From NCBI GenBank assembly GCA_030619925.1, contig JAUXAL010000008.1:1509-65508 (forward strand): 64,000 nt of DNA, given 5' to 3'. The position numbers and the translations under genes are program-made. Below are positions 35,398 through 44,979 of this stretch, in pieces. This stretch comes from Phycisphaerae bacterium (GTDB lineage Bacteria > Planctomycetota > Phycisphaerae > Sedimentisphaerales > Anaerobacaceae). The notes below the pieces were generated by a model that made no database searches, was not told the DNA's origin, and saw nothing but the letters and a program-made list of their open reading frames with translations. How positions within the stretch are numbered: position 1 is the first letter of the stretch; each line of letters opens with the position of its first letter.

Positions 35398-37719
35398 TTA
35401 TTTTTTTCGGCGTACTTTAACGCAAAAGTGGTCGCCGACGTTCTTAACTTCTATCACTTCTTGACCCTGGTGTGTGAAACTTTCCGGCACGTTCTTAGTA
35501 GGCTCGCCATCGTCAAGTAATACTTCAAGAATTTCTCCGGCGTCAATTTTTTCAAGCTCAATCTTGGCTTTAACAAAGTTCAGCGGACAGGCAACTCCTC
35601 GCAGGTCAACAGTGTGCTTTTGTGTTTGCGCTTTGTCTTCCGGAACGCCGGCATTGGCTTTTTGGGCGGCTGGTTTGGCCTTAAATTTAAGATTAGCATC
35701 GAGTGACAGGAAAAGTTCTTCTACTCGTTTTGCCAGGTCCTCGACCTGTGGCAGCAAATCGTCAATCGAGTTTCTATCTCCCATACGCCAGTCGATTGCA
35801 TTGTCAAGCAATTGTTGCGCTTGAGGTTTGACCCAGGCCGGCTCGATAAGATGCTTGCTAAAAGCAGCAAAAATCTCTCTGTCTTTTTTCGGCTCCAGGC
35901 CGAATATGACCAGAAGCGCTCTTGCCGCCGCGATAATTGCTTCATATACACTTTCGCTTTTGTCCTTCGCTGCCTGGGTTTTGTGTGCCGCCCTGATGGC
36001 TTCTTTGGCCTGGTCAACATCCAGTTTGATTACGTCCATTACCCCTGCTCCGCACTCACCGGGGCCTCTGCCGGCCAGTGAAAACGGCTCGGTCGCACCA
36101 AAGTCGTAGTAGTACTCATCCGGAAATTCCGGAGAAGAAAAGTCATCATATCGCTCGACAAGACCTTTTAACTGTTCTTTCTTAATCGCACCGGCTGCGA
36201 AGGCCTCAGCCAGCAGATCAGGTATTTTCTTAGCTGGAACTGAGCCGACCCTTTCCGCCAGATGTGCGGTACGCTCAGTTGTTTGGGCCCCAGCCAAAAC
36301 ATCATAGCACGGCATCAGCCTGCCATTGACTCGTTTGGCTCTGCCTTGAAATCCAATATCGGCGATGTAGTGATGTCCGCATGAATTAGGACAGCCGCTG
36401 ATTCTGATAATCGTTTCGCCCTGTTGCCTCGAAGCTTTGCTCTGGTTGAGCTTATCGGAAATTGCATCGGCCAAACCTCTCGAAAGGCAAAGTCCCAGTT
36501 TGCATGTCGCGGCTCCGGTACAGGTAACAATCTTGCCCCTGCCGTTGCCAGTTACATCAATACTAAGACCTTCCAAAGTGGACCTGACTTTTTCAATATT
36601 CTGCCGTGGCACAGATGTGATTAAAAGATTCTGCAGCTGGCTGGTTCTAACCAGGCCCTGACCGAATTTCTCTGCGGTCTGCCCTGTCTTGATTAGGTCG
36701 TCTGCAGGTATATCACCAAGATTCAGCCTGAGCATCACGGTAAATAGCCCTTCTGTCTTCTCAGCTAATACATTATGCCGGAGCGGTGACCGACTATTAT
36801 CGCTGTCGACCACTGACCTGGGGACTTCAAACTTTGAAGCGCCGGCTCTTACTTTTGGAATATCGCCTCGAAGGCCCTGGTTGCGAACTTCTTGCCGTTC
36901 AATTTTATATAGCTTGATAAATTCTTGCGTCCCAACCCGTGCGACCACGTATCGTAATCTCGCCTTGTGTTTATTTGACCTGTCCCCATACTTATCAAAG
37001 AGCCTTTTGATGGCCTCAGCTACTTCCAGGATTTCATTGTCGGTTATAAAGTCTTCGATTTTCAAACCTACGGCAGGATTTGAACCCAGCCCCCCTCCGG
37101 CGTAAACAGCAAAGCCCTTAACCCCATCTTTTTGGTGCGCAAAAAAGCCAAGGTCGGCCACTGAAGCAAATGCACAATCAGCCGAGCAGCCTGAAAAAAC
37201 TATTTTATATTTTCTCGGAAGATTGTAAGAGTTTTTGAACTGTAATAGATATTCAGCGGCTGCGAGCGCATACGGTGATACGTCGAATTCTTCTTTGGGG
37301 CAGACCCCCGCTCGCGGACACGCCGTAACATTGCGCACCGTATTGCCGCCGCCGCCGCGTGGTGAAAGCCCTACCTCAAGCAGTCCTTCAAGAACATCAG
37401 GTGTATCTTCGATATTAACCTCATGAATCTGAATATCCTGCCTTGTCGTAACGTGAACAATTCCATTGCCGTATGTCTTGCTTAATTGAGCGATTCGTTC
37501 TAACTGATACGGTAAAACAAGCCCGGCACCGATACGTATACGGACCATGTACTTACCGGCGGCCCTTTGCTCATAGACTCCCATAGGCACGCGATATGCT
37601 CGAAAGGCAACCGCGGAAGTTTGACCCTGGACAAATTTTTCAACCCGGCTGCGATAGGCGAAAGTGTCTTTTTTGACACTTTCCGGGATACGCAAAATAG
37701 GCTGTTTCACCTTACACAT
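35398..37719 (-). CDS. siroheme/4Fe-4S sulfite (nitrite) reductase fused to a C-terminal TusA/SirA-like domain
   Basis: Two NiR/SiR repeats with Cys clusters (TACPRAGVCP, SGCSADCAFA; TGAATCKLGLC, SGCPNSCGHHY). The last roughly 75 aa, VDLRGVACPLNFVKAKIELEKIDAGEILEVLLDD, carry the TusA CPxP-type motif. Confidence 0.75.
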   Translation of the reverse strand: MCKVKQPILRIPESVKKDTFAYRSRVEKFVQGQTSAVAFRAYRVPMGVYEQRAAGKYMVRIRIGAGLVLPYQLERIAQLSKTYGNGIVHVTTRQDIQIHEVNIEDTPDVLEGLLEVGLSPRGGGGNTVRNVTACPRAGVCPKEEFDVSPYALAAAEYLLQFKNSYNLPRKYKIVFSGCSADCAFASVADLGFFAHQKDGVKGFAVYAGGGLGSNPAVGLKIEDFITDNEILEVAEAIKRLFDKYGDRSNKHKARLRYVVARVGTQEFIKLYKIERQEVRNQGLRGDIPKVRAGASKFEVPRSVVDSDNSRSPLRHNVLAEKTEGLFTVMLRLNLGDIPADDLIKTGQTAEKFGQGLVRTSQLQNLLITSVPRQNIEKVRSTLEGLSIDVTGNGRGKIVTCTGAATCKLGLCLSRGLADAISDKLNQSKASRQQGETIIRISGCPNSCGHHYIADIGFQGRAKRVNGRLMPCYDVLAGAQTTERTAHLAERVGSVPAKKIPDLLAEAFAAGAIKKEQLKGLVERYDDFSSPEFPDEYYYDFGATEPFSLAGRGPGECGAGVMDVIKLDVDQAKEAIRAAHKTQAAKDKSESVYEAIIAAARALLVIFGLEPKKDREIFAAFSKHLIEPAWVKPQAQQLLDNAIDWRMGDRNSIDDLLPQVEDLAKRVEELFLSLDANLKFKAKPAAQKANAGVPEDKAQTQKHTVDLRGVACPLNFVKAKIELEKIDAGEILEVLLDDGEPTKNVPESFTHQGQEVIEVKNVGDHFCVKVRRKK

Positions 37720-37779
37720 CTCCGCCCTTTCACAATGGTTGCCGGCATTCTGGGTTCAATATTATCTCCAATACTAATT

Positions 37780-38484
37780 TCATTGCCTTCGGTGTAGCGG
37801 ACTTTTACTTGGAGTACCGTACTTGTGAACTATAGCTAAAACAGGCGAACGTGAAATGCCACCTGGGTTGATACCCGGCTGACCTTCGGGAATGGAAACA
37901 CCCAGTTCTGAAAAATACTCTTCCCAGGCGGCAAGAGTCTCCCCCGTGTCCGGATTCTTAAATGTCATCGGTTGTAATACAAATACAGGGCTATTATCAT
38001 TGGCCCGTAGGAATATTTCGTAAATCAGTTCTGAGCAATAGTAAGCCTTATTGTCAATGGCGAATACCTTATCATAAGGCTTTCCCTTCAAGGCAATAGA
38101 TTCTTTAAGCGCAGAAGGTATTAGAGGACGAAAAGGCTTCTTTAGACGTCCTACCACAACTTTAGGGCGGTGTCGGGCGTCAAAACTACGGTCAAGAAAA
38201 GTTTGCAATGGCGTTACCTCCACACCACTCGACACAGCTTCAATCACAACTAAATTGCCACCGTCGTCTCTCGCAACAACACCAACATGTGAAAAATTCG
38301 CTCCCTGGAATCCGGTTGTAACTTTTTCTATAGCATCGCAAAGAGGCCCACAATCGAGATCTTGAAAAAGTAAATCTCCCGGCTGAAGTGCAAAACTACT
38401 ATCTTCCCTAAAATTTATCTGGTTGCATCCGAAAACAGCCACGCTAATCGAAAGCAGCAATAAGGTCCATTTAATAGAACGCAT
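37780..38484 (-). CDS. YiiX-like permuted papain-fold (NlpC/P60-related) lipoprotein
   Basis: Lipobox SVAVFGC, PGDLLFQ, SHVGVV, IEAVSSGV, YYCSELIYEIF pattern. Confidence 0.6.
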   Translation of the reverse strand: MRSIKWTLLLLSISVAVFGCNQINFREDSSFALQPGDLLFQDLDCGPLCDAIEKVTTGFQGANFSHVGVVARDDGGNLVVIEAVSSGVEVTPLQTFLDRSFDARHRPKVVVGRLKKPFRPLIPSALKESIALKGKPYDKVFAIDNKAYYCSELIYEIFLRANDNSPVFVLQPMTFKNPDTGETLAAWEEYFSELGVSIPEGQPGINPGGISRSPVLAIVHKYGTPSKSPLHRRQ

Positions 38485-38505
38485 AACGTCCCCTGCAGTA
38501 ATTAC

Positions 38506-38913
38506 CTACTGGTCTATAATCTTCACCGGCACCTCAGTTACATTGCCGTTCTCTATAAGAAAACCCTTAACGGCGGGACAACTTGAATCCCGTAGGGAAA
38601 CTATCATATATGTTACGTCCGGCGTAAGTGACAGGCGAATATCTTCCTGCGAAGGTCTGGCCGGCGTGGCTGGGTGACTGTGATATATAGCCAGCATTTT
38701 GAGGCCGGCTGAGCGCATGTCCTTAACCACTTTAAACTGTTCTGCAGGTTCCATCATAAAATGGTCGCTGCTTTTATCAGCATTTGTCATTTTGTAGAGC
38801 TTTTCGACTTTACTGTCGCTGCCGGCAAGAATTCCACATGCTTCGATCGGCGCTTCAGCTTCGGCCTGTTTCAGCATTTGTTGAAAAATGTTATTTGGGA
38901 TTTCTAAATTCAA
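38506..38913 (-). CDS. JAMM/MPN+ metalloprotease (Mec/HcyD-like)
   Basis: EACGIL and IYHSHPATPARPSQEDI (H-x-H-x7-S-x2-D) JAMM motif. It overlaps the E1-like gene by 4 nt. Confidence 0.8.
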   Translation of the reverse strand: MNLEIPNNIFQQMLKQAEAEAPIEACGILAGSDSKVEKLYKMTNADKSSDHFMMEPAEQFKVVKDMRSAGLKMLAIYHSHPATPARPSQEDIRLSLTPDVTYMIVSLRDSSCPAVKGFLIENGNVTEVPVKIIDQ

Positions 38914-39725
38914 CGTTTACAGTCCTTAAGGTCGCATACAATTTGCTCTTCGTCCTTAAGTTCAGTTATTTGTGGATTTTCGCCACAGAGCCGACATTCC
39001 GGATTGCGCTTCAACCGCACCTTGCGAAACTCCATTGTCAATGCGTTATATGTAAGCAGTGTGCCGGTCAATAAGTCACCAATCCCCAGCAAATACTTTA
39101 TCGCTTCTGTTGCCTGCAATGATCCAACAACGCCCGCCAGCACACCAAGTACCCCTGCCTGCGAACACGAAGGTACTGCGTCCGCAGGTGGTGGAGCATG
39201 AAAAATGCAGCGGTAGCAGGTTGTCTGGCCGGGCAGTACCGTTATTAACTGGCCGTCAAATCTGAGAATCCCCGCATGCGAAAATGCTATCTTCTCAAAA
39301 TAGCAAGCGTCATTGACAAGAAATTTAGCAGGGAAATTATCTGTACCATCGATTACAAAATCATATCCGCGAATGACTTCTCTGATGTTGTCGGCTTTTG
39401 CCCGTTGATGGTAGGTTTTGACTTTAACATCGGGATTTATTGCTCGCATCTTGGCTTCGGCAGAGGCAACTTTTTCCACTCCCACATCACCGGTGTGATG
39501 AATTATCTGTCTTTGAAGATTCGTTAGGTCCACCTTGTCTGCGTCGATAATTCCAATTGTCCCGACCCCTGCCGCAGCTAAGTATAACGCTGCCGGTGCA
39601 CCCAAACCGCCGGCTCCGACAATCAATACCTTGGATGAAAGTAACTTCTCCTGCCCGGTACCGCCAACCTGTTCGAGTATTATGTGTCGACTATAGCGCT
39701 GTATTTGTTGCTCAGTTAATTCCAC
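38910..39725 (-). CDS. ThiF/MoeB/HesA-family E1-like adenylyltransferase
   Basis: VGAGGLGAPAALYLAAAGVG nucleotide loop, LQRQ, and two CxxC pairs (CYRC, CRLC). Confidence 0.85.
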   Translation of the reverse strand: MELTEQQIQRYSRHIILEQVGGTGQEKLLSSKVLIVGAGGLGAPAALYLAAAGVGTIGIIDADKVDLTNLQRQIIHHTGDVGVEKVASAEAKMRAINPDVKVKTYHQRAKADNIREVIRGYDFVIDGTDNFPAKFLVNDACYFEKIAFSHAGILRFDGQLITVLPGQTTCYRCIFHAPPPADAVPSCSQAGVLGVLAGVVGSLQATEAIKYLLGIGDLLTGTLLTYNALTMEFRKVRLKRNPECRLCGENPQITELKDEEQIVCDLKDCKR

Positions 39726-39927
39726 TTCCGCCTCCCATAAAATAGAGGAACTCCACCTTGTCGTTATCTTCGAGGGCTGTGCTTTCGAACTGGGCTCTTC
39801 TTAGAATCTGGCCGTTAAGCTCAACTGATACCATCTCCGGCATCTTTACCTTTTGTTCTACTAAAAGCTCGCCTACTGTCAAACCGTCACTAAAATCAGT
39901 CTCTTTACCGTTTATAATAAGTTTCAT
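39712..39927 (-). CDS. ThiS/MoaD-family sulfur-carrier protein with residues beyond the Gly-Gly
   Basis: 71-aa beta-grasp-size ORF ending ...FLYFMGGGSGIN. It overlaps the E1-like gene by 14 nt. Confidence 0.75.
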   Translation of the reverse strand: MKLIINGKETDFSDGLTVGELLVEQKVKMPEMVSVELNGQILRRAQFESTALEDNDKVEFLYFMGGGSGIN

Positions 39928-39929
39928 TT

Positions 39930-41174
39930 CTATTCCTCGAAAGCTTTTTTTATCGCCTGTTCAAAATCGTTCCTGATATCCTCGAAATCTTCAATACCTG
40001 CTGAAATTCTAATCATGTCCTCGGTAACCCCCATTTGTTTCTGCTGCTTTACCAAAAACTCATGAAAGATAGTAGACGAAGGGTGTATCACTAAGGTCTT
40101 CGCATCACCCAGATTCGCCAGGTTCTTCGCAAGCTTCAGCGAATCTATAAATCTAAAAGCCTTCTGTTTGTCACCAAGCCCAAATGTCAGTAGCCCACCG
40201 CCACTGCCGCCGAACAACTTAACAACCCTGCTGCGAAATTTGCTGTCCGGCAGACCCGGATAGTCTACCCAACAAACTTTTGGATGGTCTCGCAGGTATT
40301 GGGCCAATTTCTCGGCGTTTTCACAGTGTTTAACCATTCTGCCGGGAAGGGTCTCCAGACCTTGCAGCATCAGAAAAGAATTCATCGGTGCAGGACAACC
40401 GCCAAGGTCGCGATAAATCAAATTGCGCAGATGAGCAAGAAAGGCTAATTGGCCGACTCTTTTGGATAACTGCCTTATATCATCAAACGGCCCTGATTTC
40501 CAATCGTAGTTTCCGGTGTCAATTATTGCCCCGCCAATTGCAGTGCCGTGGCCGTTGATAAACTTAGAAGTCGAATGAACAACAATATCAGCGCCAAACT
40601 CTCCGGGCTTGAAAAGAACCGGCGTAGTAACGGTGTTATCGACAACAAAAGGTATGTTGGCCTGATGAGCAATTTCAGCAATAGCCGGTATGGCAGGCAC
40701 ATCCATTCGAGGATTGCCGATGGTCTCGACAAAAATCAGCTTTGTCTTGTTATTGACGGCTTTGGCGAATTGTTCTGTGTCTGCGGCATCAACAAAATTG
40801 GTTTTTACGCCGAACCGTCCCAGCGTATTCTCGAACAGAGATACCGTCCCCCCAAAAATACCTGCTGCAGCGATTATCACATCGCTGGCCCTGACCAGGC
40901 CCATCACAACGGATGCTATAGCCGCCATCCCGCTGGCCGTTGCGATGCAGCCGATTCCATTCTCGAGCTCCGTAAGCCTCGCCTCAAGAGCGGCGGTGGT
41001 AGGATTTGCGATCCGCGTATAGATATATCCGGGCGCTTTTCCGTCAAAAACATCGGCAAGCTCCTGTGCAGTTTTGTAGGCGTACGAAACCGTCTGATTG
41101 ATTGGTACTGCAGTTGCGCCGCTGGAGCTGTCACCAGTAAAACCACCATGTATAGCCAGTGTATCGGTCTTCAT
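39930..41174 (-). CDS. metY: O-acetylhomoserine sulfhydrylase (MetY family, PLP)
   Basis: HSTSKFINGHG (PLP lysine), YTRIANPT, ISAGIED motifs, 414 aa. Confidence 0.85.
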   Translation of the reverse strand: MKTDTLAIHGGFTGDSSSGATAVPINQTVSYAYKTAQELADVFDGKAPGYIYTRIANPTTAALEARLTELENGIGCIATASGMAAIASVVMGLVRASDVIIAAAGIFGGTVSLFENTLGRFGVKTNFVDAADTEQFAKAVNNKTKLIFVETIGNPRMDVPAIPAIAEIAHQANIPFVVDNTVTTPVLFKPGEFGADIVVHSTSKFINGHGTAIGGAIIDTGNYDWKSGPFDDIRQLSKRVGQLAFLAHLRNLIYRDLGGCPAPMNSFLMLQGLETLPGRMVKHCENAEKLAQYLRDHPKVCWVDYPGLPDSKFRSRVVKLFGGSGGGLLTFGLGDKQKAFRFIDSLKLAKNLANLGDAKTLVIHPSSTIFHEFLVKQQKQMGVTEDMIRISAGIEDFEDIRNDFEQAIKKAFEE

Positions 41175-41213
41175 TGAAATTCCCCTTTTATCGAAAAAAA
41201 CACATGCTATCTG

Positions 41214-41927
41214 TCATATCTGGTAGTCAAGTAAAGGTTTTGTATGAATGCCGCACTCACCGCCGCATTTACTCGTTCCAATCCATCGGCCTGCCCGTTC
41301 ATCCGCACCCTGGGCTATCTTCGTGCACGGCCAGCAGCCAAGCGACCTGTAGCCCTTCGCATACATAGGATTAACGCGCACCCTATTCAAGGCCAGATAC
41401 TGCCAAACCTCCCGCTCATACCAAATAAGAATGGGATTGAGTTTAATCAGGCCTTTGTCCAGCTCCTGTATCTCTTTGAAGTTCGTGCGCGTTCTGCCCT
41501 CGGTGCAGCGAAGGCCCGTAACCCAGCAGTCAACGTCCATCTCTTTGACGGCTTGTCGTGTCGGTTTGACTTTAAGGATTTCGCAGCACTTGTCTGGGTC
41601 GGTCTCATAGAGCTTTTCGGGAATTTCTTCGTCGTTGCTGAACACCCGCAACTCCGGATATCTTGATACCTCCTTGGCCATAAACTGCTTGGTCTCCGGC
41701 GGCTTGAATCTTGTTGTTACGATGAAGCCGCGAATCCTCGGGCTTACACGTTTGGCAAGGTGCCAGACAGCGCTGGAATCTTTGCCAAGACTGTTGGCAA
41801 CCACAAGTCGCTCACCGAATTCCTTGTAGGCTTGGTCAATCAGCCCCAGCGAACGCTCGACCTTCTCGGCAAAATTCAGTTTTTCAACAAGCTCTGTAAC
41901 ATTTTCTGCAACTTCTTCGATTAACAT
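41214..41927 (-). CDS. cysH: assimilatory APS/PAPS reductase (CysH family, Fe-S type)
   Basis: PAPS-reductase fold with CC...CxxC cysteines (DKCCE, GCWPCT) and C-terminal ECGIH motif. Confidence 0.75.
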   Translation of the reverse strand: MLIEEVAENVTELVEKLNFAEKVERSLGLIDQAYKEFGERLVVANSLGKDSSAVWHLAKRVSPRIRGFIVTTRFKPPETKQFMAKEVSRYPELRVFSNDEEIPEKLYETDPDKCCEILKVKPTRQAVKEMDVDCWVTGLRCTEGRTRTNFKEIQELDKGLIKLNPILIWYEREVWQYLALNRVRVNPMYAKGYRSLGCWPCTKIAQGADERAGRWIGTSKCGGECGIHTKPLLDYQI

Positions 41928-41965
41928 AATCTTAAATCTCCATGCAATCCAAATAATGTAAATTG

Positions 41966-42187
41966 CTATATTTCATATTCAGGGCTCTTTAATTTTCCGA
42001 ATTTCACGCGAATCCAGAGCCGCTCGTGAAAGTAGTACACACCAAGCTTTATCAGTGTGTCAGCTACACCGATCTCCGCGGCGAGAGTAAATTTCCTCGT
42101 GGCAAACCAGGCCACGGTAAAGGTAACCAATGTGGCGAGCGAGCGCCAGCTAAGGGTTTTCATTATGGTCCGAACGTGCGATTCCAC
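41966..42187 (-). CDS. DUF2061-type small membrane protein
   Basis: KTLSWRSLATLVTF...GVYYFHERLW pattern, a family commonly seen next to sulfate-assimilation genes. Confidence 0.6.
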   Translation of the reverse strand: MESHVRTIMKTLSWRSLATLVTFTVAWFATRKFTLAAEIGVADTLIKLGVYYFHERLWIRVKFGKLKSPEYEI

Positions 42188-42281
42188 TTTTTTTCGCCCC
42201 TAAATTGAAAGTATTCCCGTCGAAATACTGGGAATATAAGTAAAAAAAATATCATCTTCATAAAAACGCTGCTACTTCCAG

Positions 42282-42737
42282 CTAAATACTGTAATTGGGA
42301 GCACATGTCTCTCTCTTGGTTCGTTCAAATTCCACCAGCTCGGCAAAGGTCTTACTGTTACAAGCTTCGGATATCGCAGTGTTAACCTCTCGCCATAGTT
42401 GTTTAAACGCATCATCTCCAAAAAATGCTGCATTTCTGTTCGCTCTTCCTATCGCATCTGGAGCTACTGAAATCGGGCCTTGGATATATTCAATGACTTC
42501 TCCGACCGTCAGGTCTTTGGCATCCCGGGCCAGCATATAGCCACCGTCATTTCCTCGCCGTGAATCAACAAAACCCGCATGTCTCAGTTCATTCAGAATC
42601 ACTTCCAAAAACCGGGGCGGTACGTTTTGGGCACCAGCGATCTCGTGTATTTTCACCGGCTGACCGGAATCTCGCAATGCAAGCTCAAAAATGGACCGCA
42701 GAGCATATCGGCATTTCTTGGATATTCGCATTAGCAA
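42282..42737 (-). CDS. Rrf2-family transcriptional regulator
   Basis: MRISKKCRYALRSIFELA winged-helix N-terminus and SRRGNDGGYMLAR motif. First gene of the co-oriented sulfur cluster. Confidence 0.85.
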   Translation of the reverse strand: MLMRISKKCRYALRSIFELALRDSGQPVKIHEIAGAQNVPPRFLEVILNELRHAGFVDSRRGNDGGYMLARDAKDLTVGEVIEYIQGPISVAPDAIGRANRNAAFFGDDAFKQLWREVNTAISEACNSKTFAELVEFERTKRETCAPNYSI

Positions 42738-42767
42738 CTTATTCTCAACTATCTCAATCGGAATTAT

Positions 42768-42796
42768 AATATACGAAATTTGTGTCTCATTGTCAA
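42768..42796 (-). promoter_or_regulatory. sigma70-like promoter upstream of the Rrf2 gene
   Basis: On the minus strand: TTGACA - 17 nt - TATATT, about 30 nt upstream of the ATG. Confidence 0.5.
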
Positions 42797-43167
42797 CACT
42801 TTTTTGAAAAAATTTCTAAATTTCCTACTTCGAGGAGTCTGTCTGAGTAATAGGCCCCTTGAAATTCATAAGTAGTTGCAAACAAAAGGCTTAAGCGTTT
42901 TAGGCTCAAAGTCTCTAAGTTCTTTAACAGTAAAGAGTTACGCATTTTGACGGCAAATACTCGGACACGCTCCTATACAAAGCCGAAGAGACGTTTTTCC
43001 TGCATTTTTCGCAATGCGAGCACACGCTAAGTGGAAAATCGGGCTAATTCGTTCGATTGGGAACCAGCAAGCATAGGATTCTCAGGAGCCTTGAGCAAAC
43101 CTTTTAGTTGACTCTTAGAGAGCGTGTCTGAATCTGCCGCTGTTCTTTCTGGAATCAGAAGTGGTCT

Positions 43168-44697
43168 CTATAATTTTCTATCTAATTTTCGGTAACTGAT
43201 GGCCTCGGCGATATGTTCGGTCCGGATGTTTTCGGCCTCGGCGAGATCGGCTATTGTGCGGGCGACTTTGCAGATTTTGTCGTGGGCTCGGGCGCTTAGG
43301 CCGAATTCCGTCATCGCTTGTTTTAGAATAAATTCGCTTGCTGAATCGAGCTTGCAGAACTTCTCTACCTGTTTATGGCTCATTCTTGCATTGGTCATAA
43401 CCGCGCCGTCACTGAACCGCTTTGTCTGAACGCCTCTGGCCCTGATAACATCCTGCCTCATCGCCGATGAGTCCAGCTGACCTGACTTTGACCGAAGCCT
43501 GCCGAAGCTTATCGCAGGCACATCTATATGAATATCAATCCTGTCCACCAGCGGCCCGGATACCTTTGATAGATATCGCCTGATTTGCCCCGGCGTGCAG
43601 TTACATCTTCTCGCATCGCTGCCGAAATAACCGCACGGACAGGGATTCATCGCCGCGACAAGCATAAATTGTGCGGGAAATCTGATGGTCTTTTTCGCGC
43701 GTGAGACAATGACGAAACCGTCCTCCAACGGCTGGCGAATCATCTCAAGAATGTATCGTGGAAATTCGACAAATTCATCGAGAAACAATATCCCGAAATG
43801 GGCCAGCGACAATTCGCCGGGCCGCGGTGTTGTTCCGCCGCCGATCAAAGCCGGCCCGCTGGCTGAGTGGTGCGGCGTTCGCACAGGCCGAGTAGCCAGC
43901 AACGCCTTGTTCTTACCCAGCAGCCCTACTGACGAGTACACACGGGTAGTCTCGAGAGACTCTTCCAGACTCAGAGGCGGCAGAATCGTCGCTAATCTTT
44001 GCGCCAGCATCGTCTTTCCCGCTCCAGGTGGGCCTATCATCATGATGTTGTGTCCGCCGGCAGCCGTGACGGCCAGTGCCCGTTTGACGCTTTCCTGGCC
44101 CTTAACATCACTAAAATCAACTTCATAATTTGATGCTACGTCAAAAAGCTCCTCGACATCGACGGTAGTTGTCTCCAGCGGCAGCTGCCCTGAAAGAAAA
44201 CCTGCTGTCTGAGCAAGCGACCCAACTCCAAAGACCTCAATATCGGCAATTACTGCGGCTTCTTTGGCGTTGTCCAGGGGGGCTATCATTCGGCCAAAAC
44301 CGTTTGCCGCCGCGGTCATCGCCATACTCAGTACGCCATTGACCGGCCTGACCCTGCCGTCCAGAGCCAGCTCACCGACAATAATGATGTCATTAAGAGC
44401 CAAACTGACCAGACTGCCCTGACCGATGAGCATACCCAGAGCAATAGACAAATCGAAGGCAGGCCCCGCTTTTTTCACATCGGCAGGAGCCAGATTTATT
44501 AGCGACTGGGTTTTGGGATACTTATAGCCACAGTTAACAATTGCGCTTCTGACTCTCTCGATGCTTTCCTTCACCGCAGCATCAGGCAGGCCAACGATAA
44601 CGGACTTCTCAAATCCGCCCCGCGCAACGTCAACTTCCACCTCGCAGATTATCCCTTCAATACCTTCAAGTGTAACACTGTGCAGTCTGGCTAACAT
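43168..44697 (-). CDS. comM: YifB/ComM-family Mg-chelatase-like AAA+ ATPase
   Basis: N-terminal Lon-protease-like domain, Walker A MIGPPGAGKTM, GILFLDE Walker B, 509 aa. Confidence 0.85.
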   Translation of the reverse strand: MLARLHSVTLEGIEGIICEVEVDVARGGFEKSVIVGLPDAAVKESIERVRSAIVNCGYKYPKTQSLINLAPADVKKAGPAFDLSIALGMLIGQGSLVSLALNDIIIVGELALDGRVRPVNGVLSMAMTAAANGFGRMIAPLDNAKEAAVIADIEVFGVGSLAQTAGFLSGQLPLETTTVDVEELFDVASNYEVDFSDVKGQESVKRALAVTAAGGHNIMMIGPPGAGKTMLAQRLATILPPLSLEESLETTRVYSSVGLLGKNKALLATRPVRTPHHSASGPALIGGGTTPRPGELSLAHFGILFLDEFVEFPRYILEMIRQPLEDGFVIVSRAKKTIRFPAQFMLVAAMNPCPCGYFGSDARRCNCTPGQIRRYLSKVSGPLVDRIDIHIDVPAISFGRLRSKSGQLDSSAMRQDVIRARGVQTKRFSDGAVMTNARMSHKQVEKFCKLDSASEFILKQAMTEFGLSARAHDKICKVARTIADLAEAENIRTEHIAEAISYRKLDRKL

Positions 44698-44854
44698 ATT
44701 GTTCCCCTATTTTGTTGATTTGAAGGGTGCATTTTAAGACTTGTTTGCTATCACTGCAAGCAATTTTCAGCTCTTTCTGCGGATAGGGGTACATCTGCCG
44801 TTTGCGGAGAGTTCTTTTCTCAACTGCAGTTTCTTAGAGCAACTAACTTCAACA

Positions 44855-44918
44855 GTCATTTCGAGCGTAGCCCACACCCGTCATTTCGAGCGTAGCCGAA
44901 GGCGGAGTCGAGAAATCT
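44855..44918. repeat. direct duplication of gtcatttcgagcgtagcc plus GC hairpin tail
   Basis: gtcatttcgagcgtagcc at 44855-44872 and 44880-44897, followed by gaaggcggagtcgagaaatc. Confidence 0.7.
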
Positions 44919-44979
44919 GTTAAATAAGTTCTTCCTCTTTATCCTTTTCAGCATTCCGTCTATTAGAAACTCTTAGTGC

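Noticed and set aside
42797-43167. 370-nt ORF-free spacer between comM and the Rrf2 promoter, with cggacacgctcc / gagagcgtgtc inverted about 150 nt apart
   Set aside because: The complementarity is short (about 9 nt), and I could not support a specific RNA or element. It probably holds only promoter/operator sequence.
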